DNA of 64,000 bases from contig CAVYRH010000011.1 of the NCBI GenBank assembly GCA_963770835.1, forward strand, positions 247,753-311,752. The letters run 5' to 3'. The notes beneath the pieces are model-generated. The model was not told where the DNA came from. It made no database searches and saw only the letters and a program-made list of their open reading frames with translations. Shown piece by piece: positions 29,673 to 41,122 of this stretch (its first letter is position 1; each line of letters starts with the position of its first letter). This DNA comes from an uncultured Pseudomonadota bacterium. GTDB taxonomy: Bacteria; Oederibacteriota; Muellerivitia; Muellerivitales; Muellerivitaceae. The position numbers and the translations under genes were made by a program.

Positions 29673-29923
29673 TTCTTCTCCACTGTGAAGCGATAAGATT
29701 CAATGTTGGGATTGGCTAAAAGCTTGTCACAAATCTCGTCGGCCTGCTTTTTCACCTCAGTCTCGGAAAGGCTTCCCTCGAATTCCAGCTCAGTGAATTT
29801 TCCCATGCGAACTCCTTGGACTGCCTTGTACCCCATCTGGTTCAAGGCCCGTTGAACGGTAGCCCCTTGGGGGTCTTGGACCGAAGGTTTCAACGTTACA
29901 TAAACGCTCACGTGCCAACCCAT
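29669..29923 (-). CDS. purS: FGAM synthase subunit PurS
   Basis: [23 protein letters not shown]. Confidence 0.95.
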   Translation of the reverse strand: MGWHVSVYVTLKPSVQDPQGATVQRALNQMGYKAVQGVRMGKFTELEFEGSLSETEVKKQADEICDKLLANPNIESYRFTVEKK

Positions 29924-29933
29924 TGCTCGCTCC

Positions 29934-31229
29934 TTAAATGATTCCCGCCCGTTTCAGGATGTAATTCACGTTCTTCAAGTGATAGGAAAGATTAAAACAT
30001 TCTTCAATCTCACTCGGCGTCAAAACTTTAGTAACGTCCGGATCGGCCTCGATCAATTGCCGGAAATTCGCCTCATTTTCCCACGCTTTCAAAGCGTTCC
30101 GTTGGACGATGGCGTAAGCCTTTTCCCTTGTATATCCCCTCTTTACCAGGGCTAAAAGCACTTGTTGGGAGGAAACCAATCCGCGGGTCAGCTGGATGTT
30201 GCGTTTCATGCGTTCCGGATAGACGTTGAGCTTCTCCATGATGCCGATGAACTTTGCCAGCATGTAATGCAGCAGGATGGTGGCGTCCGGCAGGATAATG
30301 CGCTCGGCCGAGGAATGGGTAATATCCCGCTCGTGCCACAAAGCCACGTTTTCCTGGGCGGCCAGGGCGTAACCCCGCATGACACGGGCCAAGCCTGCCA
30401 CCCGTTCGGCCGTCAAGGGATTACGTTTGTGCGGCATGGCCGAGGAGCCCTTTTGGCCCACGGCAAAATATTCCTCCGCTTCCAGTATCTCGGTGCGCTG
30501 GAGGTTCCGGATTTCGGTGGCGAATTTTTCCAGCGAGGAGGCGATGACCGCCAGGACCGACATAAAGTAGGCATGGCGGTCGCGCTGGAGGGTTTGGGTG
30601 GAAACGGGGGCGGGTTTCAAGCCCAGGATCTGGCATACGTGTTTTTCGACGCGGGGGTCGATGTTGGCGAAGGTACCCACAGCCCCGGAGATCATGCCCA
30701 CCGCCATTTGTTCCCGGGCCTGTTCAAGGCGTTCGATCTGACGTCCCACCTCATCATACCAAAGGGCCATTTTGAGGCCGAAAGTGATGGGTTCGGCGTG
30801 CACCCCATGGGTGCGTCCGATCATCATGGAAAAACGGTGTTTCCGGGCCTGGCGTTTAAGGACTTCCCTTAGTTTTTTTAATTGGGCGAGGATCAAATCG
30901 GAGGCGGTGGTCAACTGAAGAGCCTGTGCCGTATCCACCACGTCGGTGGAAGTGAGCCCCAGGTGGATAAAACGCGAGGAGGGCCCAACGTTTTCGGCCA
31001 CGGAAGTCAAAAAAGATATGAGGTCGTGGTTTGTCTTGCGCTCGATGGCTTCGATTCGTTTTACGGAGAATTTGGCCCTTTTCTTGATGACCATCAAGTC
31101 TTTGGGGGGGATGCGCCCCAGTCGGGCCCAAGCCTCGCAAGCCGCAATTTCCACCTTCAACCAGGATTCGAACTTGGACTGTTCGGACCAAAGGGCGCCC
31201 ATTTCCGGCAAGGTGTAACGCGGTATCAA
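29934..31229 (-). CDS. purB: Adenylosuccinate lyase
   Basis: TTG start MIPRYT after AGGGAG; GRTHGVHAEP, GSSAMPHKRNP. Confidence 0.96.
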   Translation of the reverse strand: MIPRYTLPEMGALWSEQSKFESWLKVEIAACEAWARLGRIPPKDLMVIKKRAKFSVKRIEAIERKTNHDLISFLTSVAENVGPSSRFIHLGLTSTDVVDTAQALQLTTASDLILAQLKKLREVLKRQARKHRFSMMIGRTHGVHAEPITFGLKMALWYDEVGRQIERLEQAREQMAVGMISGAVGTFANIDPRVEKHVCQILGLKPAPVSTQTLQRDRHAYFMSVLAVIASSLEKFATEIRNLQRTEILEAEEYFAVGQKGSSAMPHKRNPLTAERVAGLARVMRGYALAAQENVALWHERDITHSSAERIILPDATILLHYMLAKFIGIMEKLNVYPERMKRNIQLTRGLVSSQQVLLALVKRGYTREKAYAIVQRNALKAWENEANFRQLIEADPDVTKVLTPSEIEECFNLSYHLKNVNYILKRAGII

Positions 31230-31239
31230 GTCGTCTCCC

Positions 31240-31284
31240 TGAAAAAATAAAGTCCTGCGGTTTCGCCCCAACGCGGAACCAGGA
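31240..31284 (-). terminator. Terminator-like hairpin with U-rich tail just upstream of the purB RBS
   Basis: TCCT-GGTTCCGC/GCGAAACC-gc-AGGA followed by CTTTATTTTTT. Confidence 0.45.
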
Positions 31285-31436
31285 GTGCTACGTCTTAAAC
31301 TATTTCAAATTCAACCGATGAGCGAGGAAAGGAAAACAACGGGGAAAACGGGAACAGTATAAAAGACTCCGGGAATTCCACCAACAAAAAACAGTTAGTG
31401 AATCCGCCCTCAATCATCCAGGAGTGGGCATCGGAC

Positions 31437-31658
31437 TCAAACAGCCACCACTTCCCTGACTTCGGGGATTTGTTCCATCAGCATCCGTTCCACGCCCCGC
31501 CGGAGGGTATTCATCGAGCCACCACAGGTGCCGCAGACTCCGATAAAACGAACTCGCACGATCCCATTCGGGGTCACTTCGAGAAGTTCAATGTCACCCC
31601 CATCCGCTTGGAGAATAGCACTTATTTCCTTGATGACTTCCTGGACTTTTTCCCGCAT
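31437..31658 (-). CDS. NifU/Nfu-domain Fe-S carrier protein
   Basis: LQADGGDIELL, GVCGTC (CxxC), TLRRGVE. Confidence 0.9.
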   Translation of the reverse strand: MREKVQEVIKEISAILQADGGDIELLEVTPNGIVRVRFIGVCGTCGGSMNTLRRGVERMLMEQIPEVREVVAV

Positions 31659-31706
31659 CGAAGCTCCTAGCATCTATTTGGCCGGCCAGCTACGGAACCC
31701 GGGAAT

Positions 31707-32483
31707 TCAACTATCGATTTCAAGGCCTTTTTCCCAAGGCCAATCCAAAAAATGAGGAAAATGATGCTTGGCCGTCAGGTCCAAGTGGAGGGGAGTCACC
31801 GAAACGTAACCTTCCCGCACCTTGGACACATCAGACTCCGGATGTTCCATCAAGGGTTCGCTGGGGCTGTTCAGGATATAACTGAAATGACCCTCCAGTT
31901 CACCGTGGGGCTCCAAATCTTCCACGTGGCGAAATTGTCCTTGGTGTGTCAGGACGATACCTTTGATTTTTTCCAGTTCAAGGGGTGGAACGTTCACGTT
32001 GAGAAAAACCCCCTGCGCCAGGCCCTTCTTTTGAATCCATTGGGCGACCTTTTTGGCAAAATGAGCGCTTGCGGTAAAATCCTTGTAGATGTGGCTGGTC
32101 AGTGAAACCGCCATGGCTGGAACGCCCAAAAGCACCGCTTCCGCCGCCCCGGCTACAGTACCCGAATAGAGGATCAAGGAGCCGTAATTAGCCCCCTGGT
32201 TAATGCCTGAAATCACCAAGTCGGGTTTCCACGGCAGAAGTTTTAAAATCGCGGTTCTGACGCAATCCGCAGGGGTGCTGGAAACCCGGTAGGAAAAAGG
32301 AACATCCGGCCACGCTGGGGAAACCACCTTGAACGGCGCGTTCAGGGAAATGGAGTGGCCCGTGGCGCTGGCCTGTTGGTCGGGAGCTGAAACGGCCACC
32401 TCGCCCAGAGGCTTAACCGCCTCATAAAGCGCCCGGAGTCCAGCCGCGTCAATTCCGTCGTCGTTGGTCAGCAGTATTTTCAT
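31707..32483 (-). CDS. surE: 5'/3'-nucleotidase SurE
   Basis: ILLTNDDGI, TPADCV, SGINQGAN, YSGTVAGA, VSVTPL. Confidence 0.95.
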   Translation of the reverse strand: MKILLTNDDGIDAAGLRALYEAVKPLGEVAVSAPDQQASATGHSISLNAPFKVVSPAWPDVPFSYRVSSTPADCVRTAILKLLPWKPDLVISGINQGANYGSLILYSGTVAGAAEAVLLGVPAMAVSLTSHIYKDFTASAHFAKKVAQWIQKKGLAQGVFLNVNVPPLELEKIKGIVLTHQGQFRHVEDLEPHGELEGHFSYILNSPSEPLMEHPESDVSKVREGYVSVTPLHLDLTAKHHFPHFLDWPWEKGLEIDS

Positions 32484-32590
32484 GCGCGTAGGATAGGACA
32501 AAGACTAAGGCGGAACAATAGCGCAGGGATTTAAGGCGTCGCGTTGGCTTTCGGCTGAATACCCAAACGGCCCCTTCAAAAAGGTTGCGG

Positions 32591-34927
32591 TTAGAAAAGG
32601 TTCCCAAGATTGAAATTCAAAACACCGCCTGAAGGAGCGGCGGCTGGAGACAAGTCGGAAGCAATGGCCCATCCGTAATCCAGGCGGATATCCATGATGG
32701 TTCCGGGAATCGTCAAACGGATCCCAAGGCCCCAATCGTATTGAACGTGGGATTCATACAGGCTCCAAGCGTTGGTCCAGCAATCGCCAGCGTCGAAAAA
32801 CGCCACCCCGACCAAGGGTCCGACGAGGGTACGCCTTAATTCCGTGTTGGAGACGAATAATGCGTTTCCACCCGATACGGGGCCGACGGTACGGAAGTTG
32901 TAACCGCGAAGCGTATCCATACCGCCCGCGAAAAACTTCTCATAGATGGGCAAATCCGTATAACCCCGCCCCTCGAACCAGTAGCCCTGGGCCACGCCCA
33001 TATTGACGTGTTCCCCAAGGACGAAGTCGACGGGCAAAGGAATAAAACGGCTGGAATCCGCGATAACTTTAACAAAATTATTGTCGAACCCCAGGGGCCC
33101 TCCTGCGAACTCGACGGAGAGAGAGTGTTTCCATCCGTCGGTGGGATTGAAATAATTATTGCGGCTGTCATAAACGATCCGGGGCGTAAAACTGCTCGTG
33201 GTGGTGTCCGTGGCGGCGATATATTGAGGCGTCCCAATGGTGGTGAAATTGGAGTCAATGTTGTAGATATCGACGTTTTGCAGCGAATAAGTTCCAAAAA
33301 CGCTCCAATAGCGGCTCAACCGCCTTCCCAACTGTAGGGAACCGCCAATTTGGGTTTCAGTGTAGAAGGAATTGGTGCCATCCGGATTGGGAACGGCCGT
33401 CGTCCAATACTGGGTGGTATCAAAAAGGTTGATGCTCATGGAAGTCCGGGTGTTGAAGAGCCAAGGCTCGGTAAACCCGATGCTGAAACTGGACACCAGC
33501 GACCCAAATTCAAGATCGATACTGGCATGCTGCCCTTTTCCGAAAAGATTCGCCTCCTCCAACTTGACGTTCCCCACCAATCCCTGGATGGAACTGTATC
33601 CCCCACCCACGCTGATAGAACCCGTTTTCCGTTCCTTCACACGGAAAACAAGAATTTCTTTGTCGGGGGTGTCTCCGGGCTCAACCTCGGGGTTGATCTC
33701 GTCGAAAAAACCTAAATTGTAAAGGTCCTCTACCGACATCTTGATCTTGGCGGCCTCGAATTTGTCACCCGGGTGGATTTCCAATTCCCGGCGAATAACA
33801 TAATCCTGCGTCTTATAATTCCCGACGATTTTAATGTCCTGGACATAGGCGACTTGGCCTTCCGTAACGTCAAAAGTGACATCAACCCTTTTTAAATCGT
33901 CGTCGTAATTCATGTCAGGTTCGAGATGGGCATAAATGTAGCCTTTATCGGCATACAAGGTGCGCATATTCTTGGCCCCGTCGTCGAAATCTTTTTTCCT
34001 TAAAAGGTCACCTTTTTTCAGTTTGAATACCCTTAAAAGATCCGAATCATCAAAAAGGATATTGCCCCTAAATTTAACGTTGCCCAGGGTGTACTTGATC
34101 CCCTCGTTGACTTTGAGGGTGATAAAAACCCGCTTTTTTTCCTGATTAATCTTTTCCTCGTGGCTTAACACCACTGCCTTCAGATAACCCTCGTCATGAT
34201 AAAAATCCTCGATGGCCTTCAAGTCATCGTCCAATTGGTCGGGCTTGAATTTGTCCCCCTTCTTGTTTTCCTTCATCTGGCTGGCGATTTTATCGCCGCT
34301 GAAGGCTTGTGCTCCGAGGACTTCGATACCGCCTATCTTGATTTGAGAGCCCTCGTTGATCTCCATCACCAAATCAACATTATTGTCCTGGGGATTATTC
34401 TGAATTTTGGCTTCAACCGTGACGGTGGGATAACCTTCGTCCAAGTAGAGTTTTTTAACCGCCGCTATGTCGGCGTTCAATTGGGCCTGGTTGTAAGGCG
34501 ACTTCGGGGCCAGTTTCATTTCGTCCAGAAACTTCTTGGAATCCCATTTCTTATTGCCCTTGAATATGATCCTGTCGATCAGTGGTCTCTCCACAACCTT
34601 AAAAACAAGGACGATTTGGCCGGGCTTCTCACCGGCTTGCGCCTCCACCTTGACATCCTTGAAATCACCAGTCGAGAAAAGATTGTGGATGTCCATGCGT
34701 ACCCGGCGGAGTGAAAACGGGTCCCCTTCCTTCTCCTGCAGGTGACCGTAGACGATCAAGCTGGAGACGTTCTTATTTCCCTCAATTTTAATGGAAGAAA
34801 TTTTGAGGACATCCTTGTCGCTTTGGGCCCGTAGAAATCCGGCGCATCCAAAAAAGAAGGCCAGGGCGACAAAAAGCCCCAACCGGGTGGGTCCGATGGC
34901 GTTGAAACGGAGTTGATTCAAAAACAA
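32591..34927 (-). CDS. bamA: Outer membrane protein assembly factor BamA
   Basis: Signal peptide, repeated POTRA motifs, EANLFGKG, FTEPWLF, LRGY, C-terminal FNFNLGNLF. Confidence 0.92.
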   Translation of the reverse strand: MFLNQLRFNAIGPTRLGLFVALAFFFGCAGFLRAQSDKDVLKISSIKIEGNKNVSSLIVYGHLQEKEGDPFSLRRVRMDIHNLFSTGDFKDVKVEAQAGEKPGQIVLVFKVVERPLIDRIIFKGNKKWDSKKFLDEMKLAPKSPYNQAQLNADIAAVKKLYLDEGYPTVTVEAKIQNNPQDNNVDLVMEINEGSQIKIGGIEVLGAQAFSGDKIASQMKENKKGDKFKPDQLDDDLKAIEDFYHDEGYLKAVVLSHEEKINQEKKRVFITLKVNEGIKYTLGNVKFRGNILFDDSDLLRVFKLKKGDLLRKKDFDDGAKNMRTLYADKGYIYAHLEPDMNYDDDLKRVDVTFDVTEGQVAYVQDIKIVGNYKTQDYVIRRELEIHPGDKFEAAKIKMSVEDLYNLGFFDEINPEVEPGDTPDKEILVFRVKERKTGSISVGGGYSSIQGLVGNVKLEEANLFGKGQHASIDLEFGSLVSSFSIGFTEPWLFNTRTSMSINLFDTTQYWTTAVPNPDGTNSFYTETQIGGSLQLGRRLSRYWSVFGTYSLQNVDIYNIDSNFTTIGTPQYIAATDTTTSSFTPRIVYDSRNNYFNPTDGWKHSLSVEFAGGPLGFDNNFVKVIADSSRFIPLPVDFVLGEHVNMGVAQGYWFEGRGYTDLPIYEKFFAGGMDTLRGYNFRTVGPVSGGNALFVSNTELRRTLVGPLVGVAFFDAGDCWTNAWSLYESHVQYDWGLGIRLTIPGTIMDIRLDYGWAIASDLSPAAAPSGGVLNFNLGNLF

Positions 34928-35011
34928 ACTTTCCTCCTCGAAGGCTCATGCCTTCGATCAAAACGAAATTTTAACGTCAACAAATCGCCAGAGAGGCGCG
35001 CAAAGACGCGC

Positions 35012-35020
35012 ATTCTAGCA
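35012..35020 (-). promoter_or_regulatory. Extended -10 promoter element upstream of bamA
   Basis: TGcTAGAAT about 85 nt before the start. Confidence 0.4.
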
Positions 35021-35216
35021 TGGCTACATGGAAAATCGGCAAATGATACTTCAATAATAACCTTACAAAAACGCTCATCCACTCCAATGACCCCACTATC
35101 CGAAAACAGTCCCTGTTTGGACGTTTCAAAGGCTTAGATGGCACGAAAAGGATAGTTTTGCGGTCACCCCTGCGGTTTGTGATTAAAGACTCATCTTCGG
35201 GGACAAAAACCAGTTA

Positions 35217-38200
35217 TCAACCGGCGGAAGCCGGTAATTTGCGAGTTTCAATCCTCTCGTTTTGGTTGAGGTCTTTCGCCGAGATTTGGAGTTTATAATC
35301 GGCTGCTTGGATCAAGTCCCTCAATGATCCACTTCATGATCATAATTCAGGCGTGCTGTTGGTTTTTCAACGTTGTCCTGAACGACTGGCCGTCCGAGTC
35401 CAGAACCTGAACTTCACATCGGGTAACTCTTGTCGGTTTCCCAAGCGATATGGAATTTTCCCGGTAAAAGCGAGTCAAAGTCAAACGCAACGAAACGTGG
35501 TTTTTCCTATCCCCTACGACGTTGGGGTTGCTGATTTGGCAATTCCCATCGTTTGTTCAACATGACCCGTTGATCTGGTTGACCGACTTCATTTTGCCCA
35601 CCCGAACGCATCCAGGGTGAAATTGGGCCCGATGTCGTACTGCCAAACCCAAGCCTGCCTCTGTAGCCCAGGCTGACCGTGGTGTTATTACTATTGACCC
35701 CTACCGACGCTGTTACTGAAAACCGTTGTCCATGTATCTTTCAATTGGACTTCCAAAAGTTCGTAGTTGGACTCACCGCGAGAGGCATTCCGCCAGGTAG
35801 GGTTTACCAAGGGATCCGCGCCCGGGGTGGCCACTGGGGCGGGACACCGGAGAAGATGGCGAACGTTCGTCTTGATATTAACCTCCGTGGGCCTCAGAAG
35901 TTGGGGCCCAAGGCTCCGGAACAAAGTGCTGCCCAGATCGAGAAATACCGGTTGATAAATCGTCTGCGGCTGCCCATGACCAGTCCCACTTTTTGCTGAT
36001 AAGGTTCCGAATGTATTCCTGGGAATAAGTGGTGGGGGTGCCTGTGGTAAGACCCGTCATATCAGTGCCGAACATGATGTAGGAAAGCAGTATATTCTGG
36101 GAGGCGTCCCCATAGCTGCCGGGGCGAAGGTAGGTTGGGAGCTGAGCTTGAAGTCAATATCCCCAAAAGTTCCATTGAAGTCTACCCGGACGTTAAATCG
36201 GTTTGTCGGACGCCCCCCGGCGGTTAGGACATTGATGCCATGGAAGATGTCCGTGGCATAACCCTCCATCCGGGGCGGTTGGCATCTTGGCGATGCTAAG
36301 GGAGATATCTTGCATTTCAAATTCATGGCCCAGATAGCGAAGCCAGCCCGATTTGGACTCGGCATTTCCCTCGCACTTGATCCCCCCTTGTCCGTTCCCC
36401 GGTCCGCGTCTTTCCCGAATATATGGATTCTGTCGCCGGATCAACCTTCAATTCGAGATACTGGGTATTGAACTCGTTTGAGTACCAGGTATCTTTGCCG
36501 GCCGCCAAGGTTAAATCAAAATTGACTCTGGCCAATTCCCGGTATTCGATTTTTTGCCCAGTCTCATCGGTGTTTCGACCGGAGGGAAGGTGTAGTGGCC
36601 AGTATCCAAGAGCGCCGTGCCGATGACATTGGGCTCCGTTCAAAGGGCCCTGTATCAGCAGCGGATCATTGGGGGTGGCGCCATAAAAATAAATTTCACC
36701 CCATTCGCCATCGTCGCATGATAGTAGGGATGCTTAGCCATAAGCCGTGGGTTCCAATCGTTTGCACGCGGAAATCCAGGTATTGAGGAATGAAATCCAC
36801 TAAGACCATCTTGCTCTGGTCAACGGGCGGCGAGGTGATGAAAACCCGGCCTTGCCCGATGCGGGCGTTTAAATCCTCCACGGCCAAGTGGTTGTGACGC
36901 ACTTTAATCCGCCCGTTCAAGTCGTCGATGGATTGGGCGACCATAGGTGGGACGAGCTGGCATTTGGCCAAGTCCAGGTCCATCGTCACGTCGGGATTAT
37001 CCAGTGTTCCGCCGATATGGGCGGAGAAGTCCATGTTTCCCGATGCCTTTTTCGCCCAGCCCGCCAAGAGGATCAAGCTAAAATCCCCTTTCTCCATCTT
37101 TGCGGTAATATCCATTTCACGGTTCCTAATTTTTTTCATTCCTTCCTCTGTCAAGGCTAGTGGCATTTTTCCAGCCAGTGTAAAGGTGAAAATGCCTTGG
37201 CGGCTGAGAGTGATGGGATTTTCCTCATCCCCCAGGAAAAGGGTGTTGTCGCTTTCTTTTAATTCTCCGTCCAATAGGTCAAATTTGAGGTCCCCCACCT
37301 GTCCGTCCATGACGGAGAGGGAAGCGGTAAAAATTGGTTCCGCTAATGTCCCCTCAAAGACCAAGGTGATAGCTGCCCGTTCCACTCAATGGAAAATTGG
37401 GCAAAATCCATCTTCCCGATTTCTTGGATCGGAACGTTTTTGGAATCCGAAACTAAACTGCAAGGTCCGTTAAGATCCAAGGCGCCATCTACCGAAAACA
37501 ACCCCGTGGTATTGACCAGGTGTAAGTTATTAAAAAGAACGCGTTGGCCTAGCGACAAATCCACTTTGCCGACCAGTTGGGGATTCGAGTTGTCGAGGGG
37601 TTTGAATTCGATGACTTTATTGTGCACGCTTAAAGCCAAGTCAAAAGGAGTAGGCTGTTTGGTGTTGCTACCGGTTTCAATCACCGAAAGAAGACCATCA
37701 AAGGTAGGGCGGCTCTCTTTTTCCTCCAGGGCCAACCTTCCGGACATATGGATCTGGCTCGTGAAATGAAGAAAACCGATAGGAAGGTCTTGAGTAGAAC
37801 CGGATAGGTCCAAAACCGCAATAGTGGGGTCCTGGGCGTCCAAATAGGCGCTTCCCTGTTCAATGTCGATTTTTCCCTTGGGCAGGGTGATTTTATTATC
37901 CTTTTCCATGCTGATCTTCCCGCTGGAATAAGCGAAGTGAAGCCGGGCTTCGAGAACGATATTATTGTCGTACCTCAAATTTTCACCGGTCACCGTGAAA
38001 TCCGCCACCGGCGCGGAAAAGGGGCCGGCTACCGACAAATTCCCGTTCACTTCCCCCCCTACTTGGTGCTTTTCCGTGTCGATACCCATGAGCGCGAGAA
38101 TGTTCCCGAGTTTTTCCCTTTCCACCGGGCCGTTAATATTGATCTCGCTATCGGAATCCCAAAAAGCCTTGGGTGATTCCAGTGTTCCGGAAAGGGTGTA

Positions 38201-41122
38201 ATTCGCCTGACCTCGCACTAATGAAAACTTAGGGTCGATTTTGGATTTGTTGCCTTCAAAAGAAAATTCCATCCGATCGAAGTTATATTTTTGGATGACT
38301 CCATCCGTAACCGTGAAAGATCCCGCCATGGGTAATTCGTCGAAAGTTCCCTTTTTCAGTTTGAGTTCACCTGAAATTGTTCCCGACATTTTCATGGACT
38401 TCGGGAGGAATTGCGTCAATTCCGGGACTTCGGTTAACAAAGAGGGTGCAATTTTAAAAATTCCCTTCAACGTCGTTTTCGGTTCCGAAGCGTCCAAAAC
38501 CGCCGAACCACTGATGTTTTTTCCGAGTTTGAACTCGCCATCCAAAACCAAATCCTCGCAATTAGCCGCCATGGAAAAATCATCGAAAGAATAAACATTG
38601 CCTTTCAAGTCTTTGAGGGTAAAAGCGGGCGTTGAGAAATTACCATCCCAATTGGCCCAGAAAGGATCACCGGTGGATTTGGCATCTAACGAAAATTCCC
38701 CGGTAAGGAATGGTCCCCTCCCGAGTTGAAACCCACGGGATGAAAAGTGAAGGGCCATCAAACCCGACTGGGGCCGGGTGTCCCACGAACCTGTTATAGC
38801 CAGGAAATTTTCGGCTTGTTGGAGCTTTAGTTTTTTCACCAAAAGTTTGCCTTCAACCATATTTAATGAAGCGTTGACCTGGTCGGCATGCCAATCCCCG
38901 ATGTTCAAGTCATTGATCGCGATATCATCCCCTTCCACGATGGGGTTTTTCATCAACCCGGAAAGATGAAGGTGGCCGGTGATAAAGCCTTCAAAAGGCT
39001 GGGGCGGATTGTTCCATTGGGTGATTTCAGCGATCAATGGCATCGGAAACCCGTCGGCTTTTATCTTCAGATCGAGGGGGGATTGGGGGCTGAAGCCTAA
39101 TTGGCCGGAGGCCGAGAAAATATTTCCGATTTGCAATTGGTCAAAATGGAGCTCGCCGGGTTTCCAGGTAAGGTTGGCGATTAGCGGCTGGGGTTCCAGC
39201 CCCTTGACGGAAGCCCCCTCCGAAGCCTTGATCGTTACCGCGTTTGACGAGAGGGTGGCCGTGGAAACCGGATCTTTCTTCGTTCCTCCTACCTTCACAT
39301 TAATGTTTACATTTCCGCTGATATCCGGAAATTGGTCGTGAAAAAACTGGGCCTCCTCCAAGGATGCGCCTTGACCTGAGATTTCAATTTGAATGGGCTT
39401 GTCGTCGGCCTTCGGCAGGATGCCCTTGCCCGACCACTTACCGGGCCCCTGTCTTTTTCCCGAGGAAATGGAAAATTTTTCCAATTTCCAATCCTCGGGT
39501 TCTTCCGTAAAGGCCGCTTCCAAACGGGATTTTTCGTTGAGGGTGGCTGAAACAAGAAGTTTACCGTCCTTCAACTGGGCGCTGTGGCGGATGCGGTATT
39601 GAACCACTGAGTCCCGAAGGGTCCGCGTCAAATCCATCTCTCCAGTGGTCGAAAAAACGTATTTCTCCCGGGTTCCACCATAATGAAGTTCCTCATTGAT
39701 GGTTCCTTGGGTTTGGGAAATTCCTAGGATTGAAGCGGCTTTGTTCGCTGCCACGTCCACTAAGTTGACCCGAAGCGAAACAGGGGCATCCGGTTGGTTC
39801 AATAAAGAAATTAGGCCATCGGCCGTAAAGGACCCGCCCATCAACTTGCCCTCGACCGACTCGAAATAAAGGATTTGTTTTTCGAAATGCCCCTTGACCT
39901 CGAAAGAATCCACCGGCCACTGGTTCAATTTGGACGCGCCCAAGCTTGCGTTTCCGGTGACGACCGGGTCCTGAAGGGGCCCCGTAACCGAAAGGGTCGC
40001 CGACCCGGTGCCCTCGGTCTTGATCTGGTTGAGCTTAAAGATGTCGTTGATGACGGTGGAAAGGTACAACTGGTCCGTAGAGGAATGGACCGAGAGGGGC
40101 CTTCCATCCAGGGGGACAAGACCCGCGGCCTTCCATTGGGTTTCGCCGACTTGGTAACTGATGCCGGTGGGAATATTGATTTCCGTGGGCCGCAGGATGG
40201 CCCGGCCCGAAATGTTGGAAAAAGTGATGAGAACCGGGCCGGGGGTTTTGAGCGTGCCTTGGAATACCTCGGCCTTGGCGTCATACCAAATGCTCCTTCC
40301 CTGCTGGAAGACAACAGGCGATTCGGCGTCGATCGTACCCGCTGATAATTCCCACCCGGTGGTTTCCTTCAATGTGGAACCCATCGAAGCCAGGGGCCAC
40401 TGCTGGAGATTCACCACTCCCCTCAGCTTTAGGTTTTCGGGTTGGAACCCGCCGTCGAACCGGATGACACCCTGGCTGTCGGCCTCCGGTGAATGGGCAG
40501 AAAAGGAGAGCCCCCAGGCGGTTCCATTAGTGGTTGTGGCGTTGAAGTTGAGGTCCCGCAACACTTCCCGAGGGGACTTCTCGGCTTGGATGGAAAACCT
40601 TCCCTCCCGGATGGAAACGTGGGGTACGGGAAAAATAGGGATAGGTGCCATGACCGGCGGAGGCGCGAGGGTCACAGTTCCGCCGGAAACAGAAGCCGAA
40701 GGAACTTCGTTTTTAACCAGGACGATTTGGGGGCGGACAAAGGAAAGGCTGTCCAAACAGTTTTCCAGCGGTTTGCGGTGGAAAAGCAGGTTGATCAATT
40801 CAACGTTGACCGAAATCTGGTCGACCTGAACCCGACTTTCCCAAGGGTGGCCTGGCACCGTCAGAGAAACATGGTTCAAGACGACGTTTCCGGTCAACCC
40901 CGCCCGGACGGATTGAATGGAAACGTCGGAATGGACGGCCTCGGTCAGCTTGCTCTCAATGAGGGGCTTAAGCTGGGTATCCACCACTTGGTATTGGAAA
41001 AAGAAATAGGCTCCGGCCAGGAATCCCAACAGCACCGACAACCACAAGAACCACCGGCGGCGTTTCCGTGGGCCAGACTTGGCCGCCGCCGGGGGCTTGG
41101 GTCGCATGAACCACCTTCTCAA
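35217..41122 (-). CDS. TamB/AsmA-like translocation and assembly protein (roughly 1950 aa), 3' part broken by many indels, with a C-terminal Fn3-like domain
   Basis: N-terminal TM anchor then AsmA-like LSFVRPQIVL; recurring G-x-x-x-x-P beta-rich motifs (VTGPLQDP, IGGTLDNP); fragments 37343-41122, 36696-37385 and further pieces to 35217; adjacent to bamA. Confidence 0.75.

Noticed and set aside
26227..30872. Long + strand ORFs (26227-27132, 28252-29175, 30162-30872)
   Set aside because: Antisense shadows of pur genes with no recognisable motifs
31437..31439. Selenocysteine readthrough of the nfu TGA
   Set aside because: CxxC is intact and the stop is at the normal family end
35691..36643. 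Small minus-strand ORFs as independent genes or an inserted element
   Set aside because: They read as out-of-frame pieces of the tamB-like gene; no transposase or terminal repeats seen
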